In this document: piece after piece, positions 1 through 9,639 of the stretch
Numbering within the stretch: the first letter of the stretch is position 1
Layout: every line of letters starts with the position of its first letter
Origin: Chitinivibrionales bacterium
Lineage (GTDB): Bacteria; Fibrobacterota; Chitinivibrionia; Chitinivibrionales; WJKA01
Direction of reading: 5' to 3'
NCBI GenBank assembly: GCA_038247415.1
Contig: JBBRUX010000037.1
Location: 1 to 39,972 of the forward strand
Length of the DNA stretch: 39,972 bases
Notes under the pieces: model-generated
What the model was told of the DNA's origin: nothing
Database searches by the model: none
Seen by the model: only the letters and a program-made list of their open reading frames with translations
Translations under genes and position numbers: made by a program

Positions 1-147
1 ACCGAGAACAGACTGTCCAGTGTCCATGATGTGTCCTTTTCTCCGCCCGAGCTGCTGACCCTTACCTGTACAGCAACAAATTAGTTTAATTGGAACGGGA
101 AAACGGACAAGAACTCAGAAACGGTGGGACGATCACATCTTTTCATA

Positions 148-176
148 TTGACACAAAATATCATTTATTGTATATT
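148..176 (+). promoter_or_regulatory. sigma70-type promoter of the AbiE operon
   Basis: TTGACA (148-153), 17-nt spacer, TATATT (171-176); ATG at 187 follows with no Shine-Dalgarno. Confidence 0.7.
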
Positions 177-186
177 ATCTATCATT

Positions 187-795
187 ATGAAAACAATAAC
201 CTCAGATATCAATTTAATCAACACATGGGCCCGCAGCATGGGTGGAGTTTTTTCTTTGGGCGATCTGAGAAATCTCCTGAACGAAAACGGGGATATTCAA
301 TTATATCGCAGGATCAACGCCCTTATAGAGAGCGCCGTGCTTTTGCGCTTCAAACGGGAATTCTATATGATACCAGACTGTACAACCGAAATTCTAAGCC
401 AAAGGATTTATAGCGATTCGTATATCAGCCTGGGCAGCGCGCTGGCAAAACATCTCATGATCGGCTCGATACCCTCAAAAACCCTGTATAGTGTAAAACG
501 CGGCCGAAATCGTACATTTACCGCTGATTTCGGATCTTTGGTATTTGTGGGAACTAACCCAGACCAGCTTTTTGGCTTTGAATATCACGACGCAATTCGC
601 TATGCCACACCAGAGAAAGCTTTTCTGGATACGCTCTACTATCACCAAAAAGGACAACAATTCTCCTTTGACATTTATACCGATATTAATGTATCTGCGT
701 TAAATACCGGGACAATTGAAACATGGCTTAAAAAATATAACAACCCAAAGTTCGTTACTTTTGTTAAAGGGGTGATTTCTGGCTACAATCAATGA
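187..795 (+). CDS. Type IV toxin-antitoxin antitoxin, AbiEi family
   Basis: N-terminal wHTH-like segment, SYISLGSALAKH..IP and ATPEKAFLDTLY motifs; directly upstream of an AbiEii gene. Start moved from 124 to ATG 187 because the promoter lies at 148-176. Confidence 0.8.
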   Translation: MKTITSDINLINTWARSMGGVFSLGDLRNLLNENGDIQLYRRINALIESAVLLRFKREFYMIPDCTTEILSQRIYSDSYISLGSALAKHLMIGSIPSKTLYSVKRGRNRTFTADFGSLVFVGTNPDQLFGFEYHDAIRYATPEKAFLDTLYYHQKGQQFSFDIYTDINVSALNTGTIETWLKKYNNPKFVTFVKGVISGYNQ

Positions 796-805
796 GACCG
801 AACGA

Positions 806-1516
806 TTGATGGTGCAGATAATCAACCGACTCTCGGATGAATTCGGCACTCATGCAATCCTTAAAGGCGGTATGGAATTGCGTCTTGCCGATTGTCCACG
901 CCATACCAATGATCTGGATTATGTATTTATTCCTTATACTTCAAAAACACAGCTCAAAGAGACTATTTTCGAGGCTTTGCAAAAAGAAAGCGGCCTTACA
1001 ATTTCATATTTTGTAAACTCACGGTGCATTCGCTATCAGATTGAAAGTAGCGCTGCCAGTGTCCAGATCGAAGTGCAGGTTGCACTCGAATGTTCAAGTA
1101 TAGCGCTAAGCACCGCTGATTTGGCCCGCCAGACACATCAGCAGGCCCGCATTATCCGGGGTATGGATTTTAGGTATGCATTGGCACACAAACTGGCAGC
1201 ATGGAATGAGCGGGAATTAATCAGGGATTTGTATGATGTTTACTATATGACAGTTATCCTGAATGTAAAACCTCATAGAGAAGTATTAAAACAGCGTCTT
1301 TCAAAAGTGGAGCCTAGGAATTCCCACAAAAAAAAATACTGTATGACAATTGACGAATTCATTAGAAAACTCGATCGATGCGCACAATCGCTTACTCAGA
1401 ATGCAGCATCCACCGAAATGCGAGATTATCTATCGACAATCGAACTACCGGGACTCGATAGAAAAATCATTGGCGGAATCAATCGGATAATTGAATATCT
1501 CTCCGAACATGAATAA
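806..1516 (+). CDS. Type IV toxin-antitoxin toxin, AbiEii/AbiGii nucleotidyltransferase
   Basis: ILKGGMELRL..PRHTNDLDY and KLAAWNERELIRDLYD motifs; start uncertain (TTG 806, ATG 809 or CTG 779). Confidence 0.85.
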   Translation: MMVQIINRLSDEFGTHAILKGGMELRLADCPRHTNDLDYVFIPYTSKTQLKETIFEALQKESGLTISYFVNSRCIRYQIESSAASVQIEVQVALECSSIALSTADLARQTHQQARIIRGMDFRYALAHKLAAWNERELIRDLYDVYYMTVILNVKPHREVLKQRLSKVEPRNSHKKKYCMTIDEFIRKLDRCAQSLTQNAASTEMRDYLSTIELPGLDRKIIGGINRIIEYLSEHE

Positions 1517-1756
1517 TCGTATGGAAACCAAAGTTGATTCATAGTACTATAAAACCAGTCAGAAATAATTAAACTGTTGCCTGCAGAAAAATGCTGAGTG
1601 ACGACGCACAATTGCATGCAAGGGCGTCATTGTTCTGCTTATTTCGACCTTGTGCAACGCATCAGAACAGAACGTACCCAGTATTTATTTTCTTAAAGAT
1701 TTTAGTAAGTATATGCAGCTCAATAATTCTCTTCAATACCTTTCTGAGTGAACCAC

Positions 1757-3373
1757 ATGCAAAAAAAAGCAATTGTCAAAACACCTGTGCCCAAACAAGT
1801 TGCACAATCTAGTAAGCCTAAAAAAGCTAAGCCTACGCCCACGAAAAAAGAAATAAATCCCGCTGCCAGTAACTTAAAAATTCTCATGATAGCCTCCGAA
1901 CTGGCGCCTTTTATAAAAACGGGTGGACTTGCAGATGCATGCGAAAGCCTTGCTGCTGCGCTCGTTGCGCGAGGACATGAAGTTAGAATATTTATTCCGC
2001 GCTATAGGAGCCTCGCAGTGGGCAATGCAACCTTTAAACAGGTTCATGGCCCAATGGGCGTATGGATGGGCACCGGGCCCTGCAACTGGTGCACCGTGAT
2101 CGAAACACAAACAATCTCAGGGGTTACGGTTAATTGTATCGAATTTAATGAGTATTTTGATCGAAGCGGACTCTATCATGCAGAAAACATGGATGACTAC
2201 CAGGATAACCCTGCCCGATTCGCTTTTTTTGTGCGAGCAGCGCTTCAGTGGTGTATCGACACTGGCTATTCTCCAGACATTGTTCACGCACACGATTGGC
2301 AAAGTGCCCTGGCAACAGCCTACCTTAAAGTCTGGTTTTGGAATAATCCCACGCTTGCAAAATCAGCATCGGTTCTAACAATTCATAATGCAGCATACCA
2401 AGGTGTCTACAGCAAGGGAGTATACCCCTATTTAGGTTTTGGAAAGCAACATTTCACGAGCACCATTTTCGAAGATTACGATAAAGTCAATCTTCTTAAG
2501 GCAGGAATTCACTTTGCAGATGTTGTCAACACAGTATCCCCAACGCATGCCTGCGAAATAATTTCACCTTACGGTGGCTTTGGATTAGCGCCATTGCTTA
2601 CCGAGAAAAAAAATGCCTTTTATGGGATATTAAATGGCATCGATGAGAGTGCCTGGGACCCGCGCTCCGATAAACATATCCCCCACCATTTCTCATCACA
2701 TGACCTGAGCGGAAAAAAGAAATGTAAAGAAGCTTTACAAGAAAAATTTGGCCTCTCCAAAGACCCACATATTGCCATTTTAGGGGTGGTGGGAAGATTT
2801 GCCGAGCAAAAAGGATACCACCTACTTTCAAAAATTCTTGATAAAGTGCTTGGCACTATGCACATTCAATTTGTTATTTTGGGAACCGGTGCCCCAGACC
2901 TCGAATACTTTTATGGTGGTTTACCTGCACGGTACACTCATCGTGTTGGATCACATATCGGATTTTCAAATGATCTGGCTCATCTCATTACAGCGGGCGC
3001 CGATTTTTTCATTATGCCTTCACTGTTCGAACCGTGCGGCCTTAATCAGATGTATTCGCAACGGTATGGAACTTTACCCATTGTTCATGCAACCGGCGGC
3101 CTCGAAGATACCGTGGATAATTATTCCGAAGCGGAAGGCACAGGCAGTGGGTTTAAACTATGGGATATGACCCCCGACGCGCTCTATTACACAATAGGAT
3201 GGGCAATAAGCACTTACTACGACCGTCCGCATCATATGCAAAAGCTTATTGCAAATGCCATGGCTAAAGATTTTTCCTGGGAAGAAAGCGCAGAAAAATA
3301 TCTTGCTTTATACAATGTTGCAAGGGATAATAAACAACGATACGATAGCCACTGCGCGGAGAAACTACAATGA
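1757..3373 (+). CDS. glgA: Glycogen synthase (GT5)
   Basis: SELAPFIKTGGLAD, HAHDWQ, TIHNAAYQG, GILNGID, MPSLFEPCGLNQMY, TGGLEDTV motifs; Lys/Pro-rich N-terminal extension; alternative GTG start at 1748. Confidence 0.95.
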   Translation: MQKKAIVKTPVPKQVAQSSKPKKAKPTPTKKEINPAASNLKILMIASELAPFIKTGGLADACESLAAALVARGHEVRIFIPRYRSLAVGNATFKQVHGPMGVWMGTGPCNWCTVIETQTISGVTVNCIEFNEYFDRSGLYHAENMDDYQDNPARFAFFVRAALQWCIDTGYSPDIVHAHDWQSALATAYLKVWFWNNPTLAKSASVLTIHNAAYQGVYSKGVYPYLGFGKQHFTSTIFEDYDKVNLLKAGIHFADVVNTVSPTHACEIISPYGGFGLAPLLTEKKNAFYGILNGIDESAWDPRSDKHIPHHFSSHDLSGKKKCKEALQEKFGLSKDPHIAILGVVGRFAEQKGYHLLSKILDKVLGTMHIQFVILGTGAPDLEYFYGGLPARYTHRVGSHIGFSNDLAHLITAGADFFIMPSLFEPCGLNQMYSQRYGTLPIVHATGGLEDTVDNYSEAEGTGSGFKLWDMTPDALYYTIGWAISTYYDRPHHMQKLIANAMAKDFSWEESAEKYLALYNVARDNKQRYDSHCAEKLQ

Positions 3374-3771
3374 AAATTATGATCGTTGATGACTCAAAAA
3401 TGCAACAACACCTTCTTGTAAGGTTGCTCCAAGAATTAGGCTATCAAGAAACTATTATTTGCAATAATATCGATGAAGCGAAAAGAAAATTGGCAACAAC
3501 TCCCGTTGGTCTTATTTTTTCCGACTGGCATATGCCGGGTGGGACAGGGCTAGACCTTCTTAAATGTGTCAAAGCAGATCCCCAAAAAGCTAAAATCCCT
3601 TTCATCATGATAACTACCGAGCACGAAAAGCAGAATATTCTGGAAGCTCTCAAACAGGGCATGCAGAACTACATACTTAAGCCTGTTGACAAAGAGACCC
3701 TCAAGAAAAAACTCTACGATCTTGCAGAGAAGCATGGGATTCCACCTCCCAATCAGTCGCTTGCCAAATAA
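3370..3771 (+). CDS. Single-domain CheY-like response regulator
   Basis: IVDD, SDWHMPG (phosphoacceptor Asp), MITT, LKP; ATGA overlap with glgA. Confidence 0.9.
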   Translation: MKIMIVDDSKMQQHLLVRLLQELGYQETIICNNIDEAKRKLATTPVGLIFSDWHMPGGTGLDLLKCVKADPQKAKIPFIMITTEHEKQNILEALKQGMQNYILKPVDKETLKKKLYDLAEKHGIPPPNQSLAK

Positions 3772-3827
3772 GAACCTCGACACTTCGACAAGCTCTGGGA
3801 CCCTAGGCGTAGTGTCTGGTTTCTCCT

Positions 3828-3842
3828 CGGTCGTTGCGACCG
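3828..3842. terminator. Hairpin between convergent genes, possible terminator
   Basis: CGGTCG-TTG-CGACCG perfect 6-bp stem between the response regulator and ettA stop codons; U-tracts are weak. Confidence 0.3.
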
Positions 3843-3848
3843 TGGGCT

Positions 3849-5534
3849 TTATCGTGTCAACTGCTTATACTTAATCCGATGCGGCTGATCGGCATCTCTG
3901 CCCAATCTCTTTTTTCTCGATTCTTCATATTCAGAATAATTCCCTTCGTACCAAATGACCTGACTATCACCCTCAAAGGCCAGAATATGCGTTGCAACAC
4001 GGTCTAAAAACCATCGATCATGGCTAATAACCACAGCACATCCCGCAAAATTTTCCAAAGCTTCCTCAAGGGCCCGAATTGTCTGAACATCAAGGTCGTT
4101 TGTAGGTTCGTCGAGTAAAAGGACATTGGCACCCGTTTTGACAATGCGCGCTAAATGCACGCGATTGCGCTCGCCACCTGAGAGAATCCCAATCTTTTTT
4201 TGTTGATCGGTACCCGATAAGTTAAATTTTGAAACATAGGCACGAGAGTTGACGCTATGCGTGCCAAGAATGATATTTTCTGCACCTTCGGATATGCATT
4301 CCCAAACTGTTTTTTCTGGATCGAGCTCATCGCGCGATTGATCGACATAGGCAATTTTTACTGTTTGTCCAATTTCCAACGTGCCCGTGTCGGGGTTTTC
4401 TACCTTTGCAATAAGCTTAAAGAGTGTAGATTTTCCTGCGCCATTGGGCCCAATAATACCAACAATCCCACCAGCAGGGAGCCTAAAGGACATATTATCC
4501 ATAAGTACCTTGCTGCCATATGCCTTGCAGATACCCTCGGCATTGATGACAACATCACCTAAACGCGGCCCGGGTGGAATAAAGATCGACAACTCTTGAG
4601 GAGACTTTACCGATTGCTCTGAGTAGAGTTTTTCGAAGGCGCTAATACGGGCCTTTGATTTAACCTGACGACCCTTTGGCGACATGCGAATCCAGTCGAG
4701 TTCACGCTGAAGGGCTTTCTGTTTGTCTGCTTCCTGAGAAGATTCTTGCGCAAGCCTATTCTGCTTTTGCTCGAGCCACGAAGAGTAATTGCCTTTCCAG
4801 GGAATACCCTCTCCCCGATCAAGCTCCAAGATCCAGCCAGCAACATTATCGAGAAAGTATCGATCATGGGTTACCGCAATGATAGTGCCTTCGTACTCAT
4901 TCAAATGGCGCTCAAGCCAAGCCACACTCGTTGCATCGAGATGGTTTGTTGGTTCGTCGAGCAATAAAATATCTGGTTTCTGAAGCAGTAAACGACACAA
5001 TGCCACACGGCGTTTTTCTCCACCCGATAAAACTTTAATAAGCGTATCACCGGGAGGACACCCCAAAGCATCCATTGCCATTTCTAGACGAGAATCGAGA
5101 TCCCATGCGTTAAGCGTATCGATTTGTGTTTGCAATTCTCCTTGACGCTCTATGAGAGCATTCATTGCATCATCGGACATTGGTTCGGCAAATTTCTCAT
5201 TAACCGCTTCATATTCTTTGACAAGCGCAACTGTTGAAGCAACGCCTTCTTCGACAATATCACGAATGGTTTTATTGGGATCGAGTTTTGGTTCTTGCTC
5301 AAGAAATCCTATAGTAAATCCTGGCGACAAAACCGTTTCACCATTAAACTGAGTATCGACACCGGCCAAAATCTTTAAAAGCGTACTTTTTCCCGAGCCA
5401 TTCAAACCTAAAACACCAATTTTTGCTCCGTAGAAATAAGAAAGAGAGATGTCTTTGATGACTGTTTTTGTGCCATGAGTTTTGCTAACCTTAACCATCG
5501 AGTAAATAATTTTATCGGGTTTTGTTTGAGCCAC
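3849..5534 (-). CDS. ettA: Energy-dependent translational throttle protein EttA (ABC-F)
   Basis: Two ABC domains (GLNGSGKST, LSGGEKRRVALC, LDEPTNHLD; GPNGAGKST, LSGGERNR), RGEGIPWKGNYSSWLEQK linker, C-terminal PHRIKYK; GTG start with AAGGA upstream. Confidence 0.95.
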   Translation of the reverse strand: MAQTKPDKIIYSMVKVSKTHGTKTVIKDISLSYFYGAKIGVLGLNGSGKSTLLKILAGVDTQFNGETVLSPGFTIGFLEQEPKLDPNKTIRDIVEEGVASTVALVKEYEAVNEKFAEPMSDDAMNALIERQGELQTQIDTLNAWDLDSRLEMAMDALGCPPGDTLIKVLSGGEKRRVALCRLLLQKPDILLLDEPTNHLDATSVAWLERHLNEYEGTIIAVTHDRYFLDNVAGWILELDRGEGIPWKGNYSSWLEQKQNRLAQESSQEADKQKALQRELDWIRMSPKGRQVKSKARISAFEKLYSEQSVKSPQELSIFIPPGPRLGDVVINAEGICKAYGSKVLMDNMSFRLPAGGIVGIIGPNGAGKSTLFKLIAKVENPDTGTLEIGQTVKIAYVDQSRDELDPEKTVWECISEGAENIILGTHSVNSRAYVSKFNLSGTDQQKKIGILSGGERNRVHLARIVKTGANVLLLDEPTNDLDVQTIRALEEALENFAGCAVVISHDRWFLDRVATHILAFEGDSQVIWYEGNYSEYEESRKKRLGRDADQPHRIKYKQLTR

Positions 5535-5569
5535 AAATATTCCTTAGAAAAGCGTGATTTAAAAATATA

Positions 5570-6193
5570 CTAATGCAATATATGAAACGATTGTAAATTT
5601 TCCCCAAGCGACCACACAACGGTAGTTCCATCAACAAGATCGACTTTTATTCCAGAAGGACTACTCGACCACACAAAAGAGAATGGGGTATTATAATATC
5701 CGTTTGCAGTAGTATACCGCCCAATCATGTGCTCTACGCCCGCAACCGCAGTTTTTTTAAAAAGCATTATTGTACGTACTTTACGGGGCGCGTTAACGCG
5801 AGAATCTATCCGATAGATTCGGCTTTTTTCGGAATACGATGCCACAGTGTTGGACTTGAAATATTGCCAAGAATATTTGGACTCTGAGAAAAGCCACACA
5901 GAAAAATAATTGCAATAAAAAAAGATAAAGACAACAGCGAACGCAATTCGTATTATTGGTTTTTTAAAGGAATTAAACGACCAAAATGCATCGCATATCA
6001 TGGTTGCGATGACCAGCAAAAAAACCGTATCGGCACATTTGTTGACAAAACAAATCTTATACCAATCTAAAAAGCATACAGCTAAAAGCACAAAACCGTA
6101 GATCCAATATCGCGGTTTACGATAGCCAACAAAACGAGAAAGAAGATATCCAAACGGAATGCACACAAGCGGGAGAAATCTTAAAAAAATCAT
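5570..6193 (-). CDS. Hypothetical membrane protein (about four N-terminal hydrophobic segments and a soluble C-terminus)
   Basis: Hydrophobic helices in the N-terminal half; ATG 6193 lies 14 nt after the TPR gene stop. Confidence 0.65.
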   Translation of the reverse strand: MIFLRFLPLVCIPFGYLLSRFVGYRKPRYWIYGFVLLAVCFLDWYKICFVNKCADTVFLLVIATMICDAFWSFNSFKKPIIRIAFAVVFIFFYCNYFSVWLFSESKYSWQYFKSNTVASYSEKSRIYRIDSRVNAPRKVRTIMLFKKTAVAGVEHMIGRYTTANGYYNTPFSFVWSSSPSGIKVDLVDGTTVVWSLGENLQSFHILH

Positions 6194-6207
6194 GAGCAAC
6201 CTTTTTA

Positions 6208-7689
6208 TTAGAAATCGTCTGATACAGTAACTTTTGTTGAAGATGCTGCTAGTACGATCTCTTGATATATATGTAACAATCCCGTTTCTGGGGTAATTAA
6301 TTCGAAATCTGCAAAACCTTTTTCGATTGCTTTTGAAAGCTGCATTTTGGCCTGGTGTGGTTCGCCTGTCCAAACGAGCCCGATGGCCTGATAAAAATGA
6401 GCATCAAATGATTCCGGGTCATTTTTTAGAAATGCCTCTGTTTCATGTAAGAGCTCCGACCACAAACAAAGTCCGATGCGCGTTTTCCAAAATAATTTAT
6501 GAGCACTCACGGTGCGCACTACCAAACGCTGCAATGCGGCATTTGCGCGCAGGAACTCCTTCTGAAAACAGTACAATTCTGCGATAGCAACAAGTATTGT
6601 ATCTGATGGCGTGGAGATTGAAACCATTTTTTTCTGCAATGCAGTCACTTTTCCTGGTTCTACTCCACAGAACGCGTAGGTAAGCATGCGTTCTGCATCA
6701 AGCGCCTCGGAAGCTTTATCGAATCTATCTGCCATACGCACAAGCTCAAGCGCTTCTGGCAATTTTTCTAACAATCGGACTACCCGTATCGATTCGGCAA
6801 TTATTTCGGGATTAAGGCGCATTAAAATTGCGCGCGTTGCTTTAAGATACGCCTCGATATCACCTTTTGTCAAAGCGCATGCACGTAAACCCATCCATCC
6901 TGATAAATCGCGGGGAGTCAATCGTACTGCTTTAAGATACGATTCACGCGCTCGTTCAAAGTCCTTCATTTCCATTGCAACATTTCCAATATTAACAAAG
7001 AGCCCGGCATCTGCCCTATTCAAGAGCAAAGCCTGTTCATATTCTTTAAGCGCTTCTGGATAGTTCTTTTTGCGCTCGAGGATCACACCAAGATTTTTAT
7101 GTGCAGAGCCCAGAGATGGGTTATAGCGCAAGGCTTTCTGATAGGCGTTTATTGCTTCATCGAGATTATTATCGGCATAGAGTGCATTGCCCAGATCGTA
7201 CCAACCATCAGAATAATCGGGTCGCACATGCAATGCTTTTTTGAAACTGTCAATAGCTAAGGGGAGTTCCCCTTTAAGCTGATGAACATTTCCCATATTG
7301 ATAAGAGCGCCAACATTGTCGGGCTCATTGCGTAAAATCTGACCAAAAGCAGTGCCGGCTTCGGAAAGATTACTTTCTCCAAGGTACAAAATACCAAGAT
7401 TATTCCAGCCCTCAACACGATCGGGCTTAAGGATGGTAAGTTTTTTAAACGTAGAAAGCGCGAGGGCGATATCACCGTGCTTAAAATTGACATTGCCATA
7501 ATCCAATAAAACGGCATAATTATCGGGTGTTGTGGCCACTATTTTCTTATAAGTATCAATAGCCTGATTAAGCCAGCCAATATCGGCGTAATGCTGGGCC
7601 AAACGAGTGCTATGATCGATATTTTCTGGCTCTTGTTCACAAGCAGCAATAAGAGAATCCAGATCTGCTTGGGTTGATTCATTGTGCAT
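6208..7689 (-). CDS. Tetratricopeptide repeat protein
   Basis: Eight or more tandem TPRs (GWNNLG, ALINMG, GWYDLGNAL, AHKNLG); start placed at ATG 7689, overlapping the upstream stop. Confidence 0.9.
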   Translation of the reverse strand: MHNESTQADLDSLIAACEQEPENIDHSTRLAQHYADIGWLNQAIDTYKKIVATTPDNYAVLLDYGNVNFKHGDIALALSTFKKLTILKPDRVEGWNNLGILYLGESNLSEAGTAFGQILRNEPDNVGALINMGNVHQLKGELPLAIDSFKKALHVRPDYSDGWYDLGNALYADNNLDEAINAYQKALRYNPSLGSAHKNLGVILERKKNYPEALKEYEQALLLNRADAGLFVNIGNVAMEMKDFERARESYLKAVRLTPRDLSGWMGLRACALTKGDIEAYLKATRAILMRLNPEIIAESIRVVRLLEKLPEALELVRMADRFDKASEALDAERMLTYAFCGVEPGKVTALQKKMVSISTPSDTILVAIAELYCFQKEFLRANAALQRLVVRTVSAHKLFWKTRIGLCLWSELLHETEAFLKNDPESFDAHFYQAIGLVWTGEPHQAKMQLSKAIEKGFADFELITPETGLLHIYQEIVLAASSTKVTVSDDF

Positions 7690-9142
7690 GCGAAATTTTT
7701 CCTTTGCCAAGGATTTTGGCAGCGCGCGGGACATAATCATCCGACAAACGGTTAGCAATAGTTTCTCTACTGGGCAACCCTCCAGTATGAGACCAATTTT
7801 TTCCTGCAACAATTTCAAACCATGCATCAAGATAGAGCGCCCCAATTGCATCAAAATGCTCATTCATGGGTATCACCACATCTTTATTTTCCATTAATTG
7901 TCGAAATGACACATCATAAACATCTTTGATCCAGCCACCACCAAACATCATCGCCATATCTGAGAGAATTTCTTTACGGACAGGAATCATTCCAAACCGA
8001 CCACTCTCCTCTATCTGGTTTTGAGCGCTGGTAATATGCATCGCCATGGCATAGGCATGCTTAGGATCGGGCGCAGTTGCCGATATCCCCCACCACCAAC
8101 CACCTGTTGTGATTGATCGTCGACCCTCAAAGGTATTAGTTCCATTATTATCAAGAATTACAGAACATGCCCTTGGCATAATAGCAACACCCATGTCTTC
8201 GGCATCTGGGAAATAGCCCATTAAACCGTCTCTTCCGGTACCATGTAGAAAAAAGCAATCGAGTTGGGTCATAAACGATAGAAACACATCGCCCGTTTTA
8301 AAAGCTTTCCAGATATCGGTTCCGCTCCAACCCTCTGTCCACATGCGAGGATTATATATTCCTTGCGCAGCAAAAACAGCATCCCAATAAAAAGCATCTA
8401 CAACAGCATCACCTTGCATCGACAAAACGGCCGTTGAATCTCCCCCACATTGAAAAACACGATCGATAACGCCAAGCGATGTTCCAGAATAGCGCTTCCC
8501 GCGATTTGCAATTTTAGGACTAAGCAGGCCACTGTAGGGAGTGTGCGCCCATATATACCCTACCGTATACAAATCGTAATAATCCCAAAGAGCAGGATTA
8601 TCCTCGAGCTGATAGGTAGCGGGGAGCCCGTAGCCATTAATACCTTTGAGAGAAGTTCCTATCGAATCCTTGAAAAACTTGAACCGGCTGCGCGCGTCAA
8701 GCGCTGCTTTTTTACTATAGACCATAATTCGGGTTTCGAATTTACGTGGAATATAATAGAGCGTATCGTTATAGGTACCCAATGAAGTGAGAAGATATTT
8801 TTTCCCAATCTGATCAAGTTCTGCCGGTGTAATAACCTTAGCAAGAGGAAGAATATTGCCATGTGCAACAAGGGCAGACGCTTTGCTAAAAGGAACTTTA
8901 ATAAGGCCAACCTGATGGGCATGCGAATCGAGAAATAGTTCGAGGCTATCGGGATCTGTATAGGTAAGCACCGTTACCTTTGTATGATTTTTTGCTGCAA
9001 ACGACGCCACCGTCTCATGCTTAAAAAAACTTTCCTGGTCGGCAATCATTTTGATAAGCACGGTTAATGATGATCGCGGAGCACAGCCTACGCCTAGGCA
9101 TACGAAAAAGAGAACAATAAGCATCTGTGCGCTCTGTATCAT
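7679..9142 (-). CDS. Extracellular solute-binding lipoprotein (sugar-binding class-like)
   Basis: Signal peptide with lipobox-like LGVGC; LYYIPRKFETRIMVYSK, FKTGDV and TGGWWWGIS motifs typical of sugar-type solute-binding proteins. Confidence 0.75.
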   Translation of the reverse strand: MIQSAQMLIVLFFVCLGVGCAPRSSLTVLIKMIADQESFFKHETVASFAAKNHTKVTVLTYTDPDSLELFLDSHAHQVGLIKVPFSKASALVAHGNILPLAKVITPAELDQIGKKYLLTSLGTYNDTLYYIPRKFETRIMVYSKKAALDARSRFKFFKDSIGTSLKGINGYGLPATYQLEDNPALWDYYDLYTVGYIWAHTPYSGLLSPKIANRGKRYSGTSLGVIDRVFQCGGDSTAVLSMQGDAVVDAFYWDAVFAAQGIYNPRMWTEGWSGTDIWKAFKTGDVFLSFMTQLDCFFLHGTGRDGLMGYFPDAEDMGVAIMPRACSVILDNNGTNTFEGRRSITTGGWWWGISATAPDPKHAYAMAMHITSAQNQIEESGRFGMIPVRKEILSDMAMMFGGGWIKDVYDVSFRQLMENKDVVIPMNEHFDAIGALYLDAWFEIVAGKNWSHTGGLPSRETIANRLSDDYVPRAAKILGKGKISHAQ

Positions 9143-9639
9143 TACTCAACATTCCTTTGTGCAGTCGCAGAAAGTGATTCGATGGTTACATTAGCATTAC
9201 GTAAACGCTTTACAAATATCTTAAGTAACTCGATGGCAATATTAGGGCAATCCAGAATTACATCAATAAGATCATCTCCCTGAATGCGCAGCAATGTGCA
9301 TCTGCCTAGGGCATAGCCGCTTGCAGAGCGAAGCTCGGCATCAAATACTGCCATATCACCAAAGCTATCCCCTACAACAAGCGTTGCCAGATCTATCGCA
9401 TCCTTTGAGCCAACCATTTTTGAAACACGTACCGAGCCATCTTTAATAATGTAAAGCGAATCTCCGATGTCCTTCTCGCGCATGATTTCTTCACCAGAAT
9501 CAAAAACAAGCTCTTCGGCAATTGCAGCAACTGCACGTAAATCATGCGTCCACATCGACGAAAATAATTGTGTTTTTTTAAGAAACACTACATTCTCGAG
9601 GATATTATACGCCCGATTGACTGGCTTAGTATTAGACAT
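9142..9639 (-). CDS. Stand-alone cyclic nucleotide-binding domain protein
   Basis: GEEIMREKDIGDSLYIIKDGSVRV and phosphate-binding cassette GDSFGDMAVFDAELRSASG; no HTH; ATG 9639 overlaps the upstream stop. Confidence 0.9.
   Translation of the reverse strand: MSNTKPVNRAYNILENVVFLKKTQLFSSMWTHDLRAVAAIAEELVFDSGEEIMREKDIGDSLYIIKDGSVRVSKMVGSKDAIDLATLVVGDSFGDMAVFDAELRSASGYALGRCTLLRIQGDDLIDVILDCPNIAIELLKIFVKRLRNANVTIESLSATAQRNVE

Noticed and set aside
1..40. Possible start of a minus-strand gene (ATG at 27, AAAAGGA upstream)
   Set aside because: Only nine codons lie in the window; no product can be assigned
90..413. 107-aa plus ORF and the 124 start of the antitoxin
   Set aside because: Both start upstream of the promoter at 148-176; the 107-aa ORF overlaps AbiEi out of frame and has no motifs
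3781..3798. CACTTCGACAAGCTC, similar to REP-like intergenic repeats
   Set aside because: Single degenerate copy with no partner found in the window
6194..6373. N-terminal extensions of ORFs in the track (to 6373, 7863, 9795, 18895, 35222; from 12356, 36322, 37001)
   Set aside because: Most overlap neighbouring genes; internal ATGs give typical coupling or family-typical N-termini
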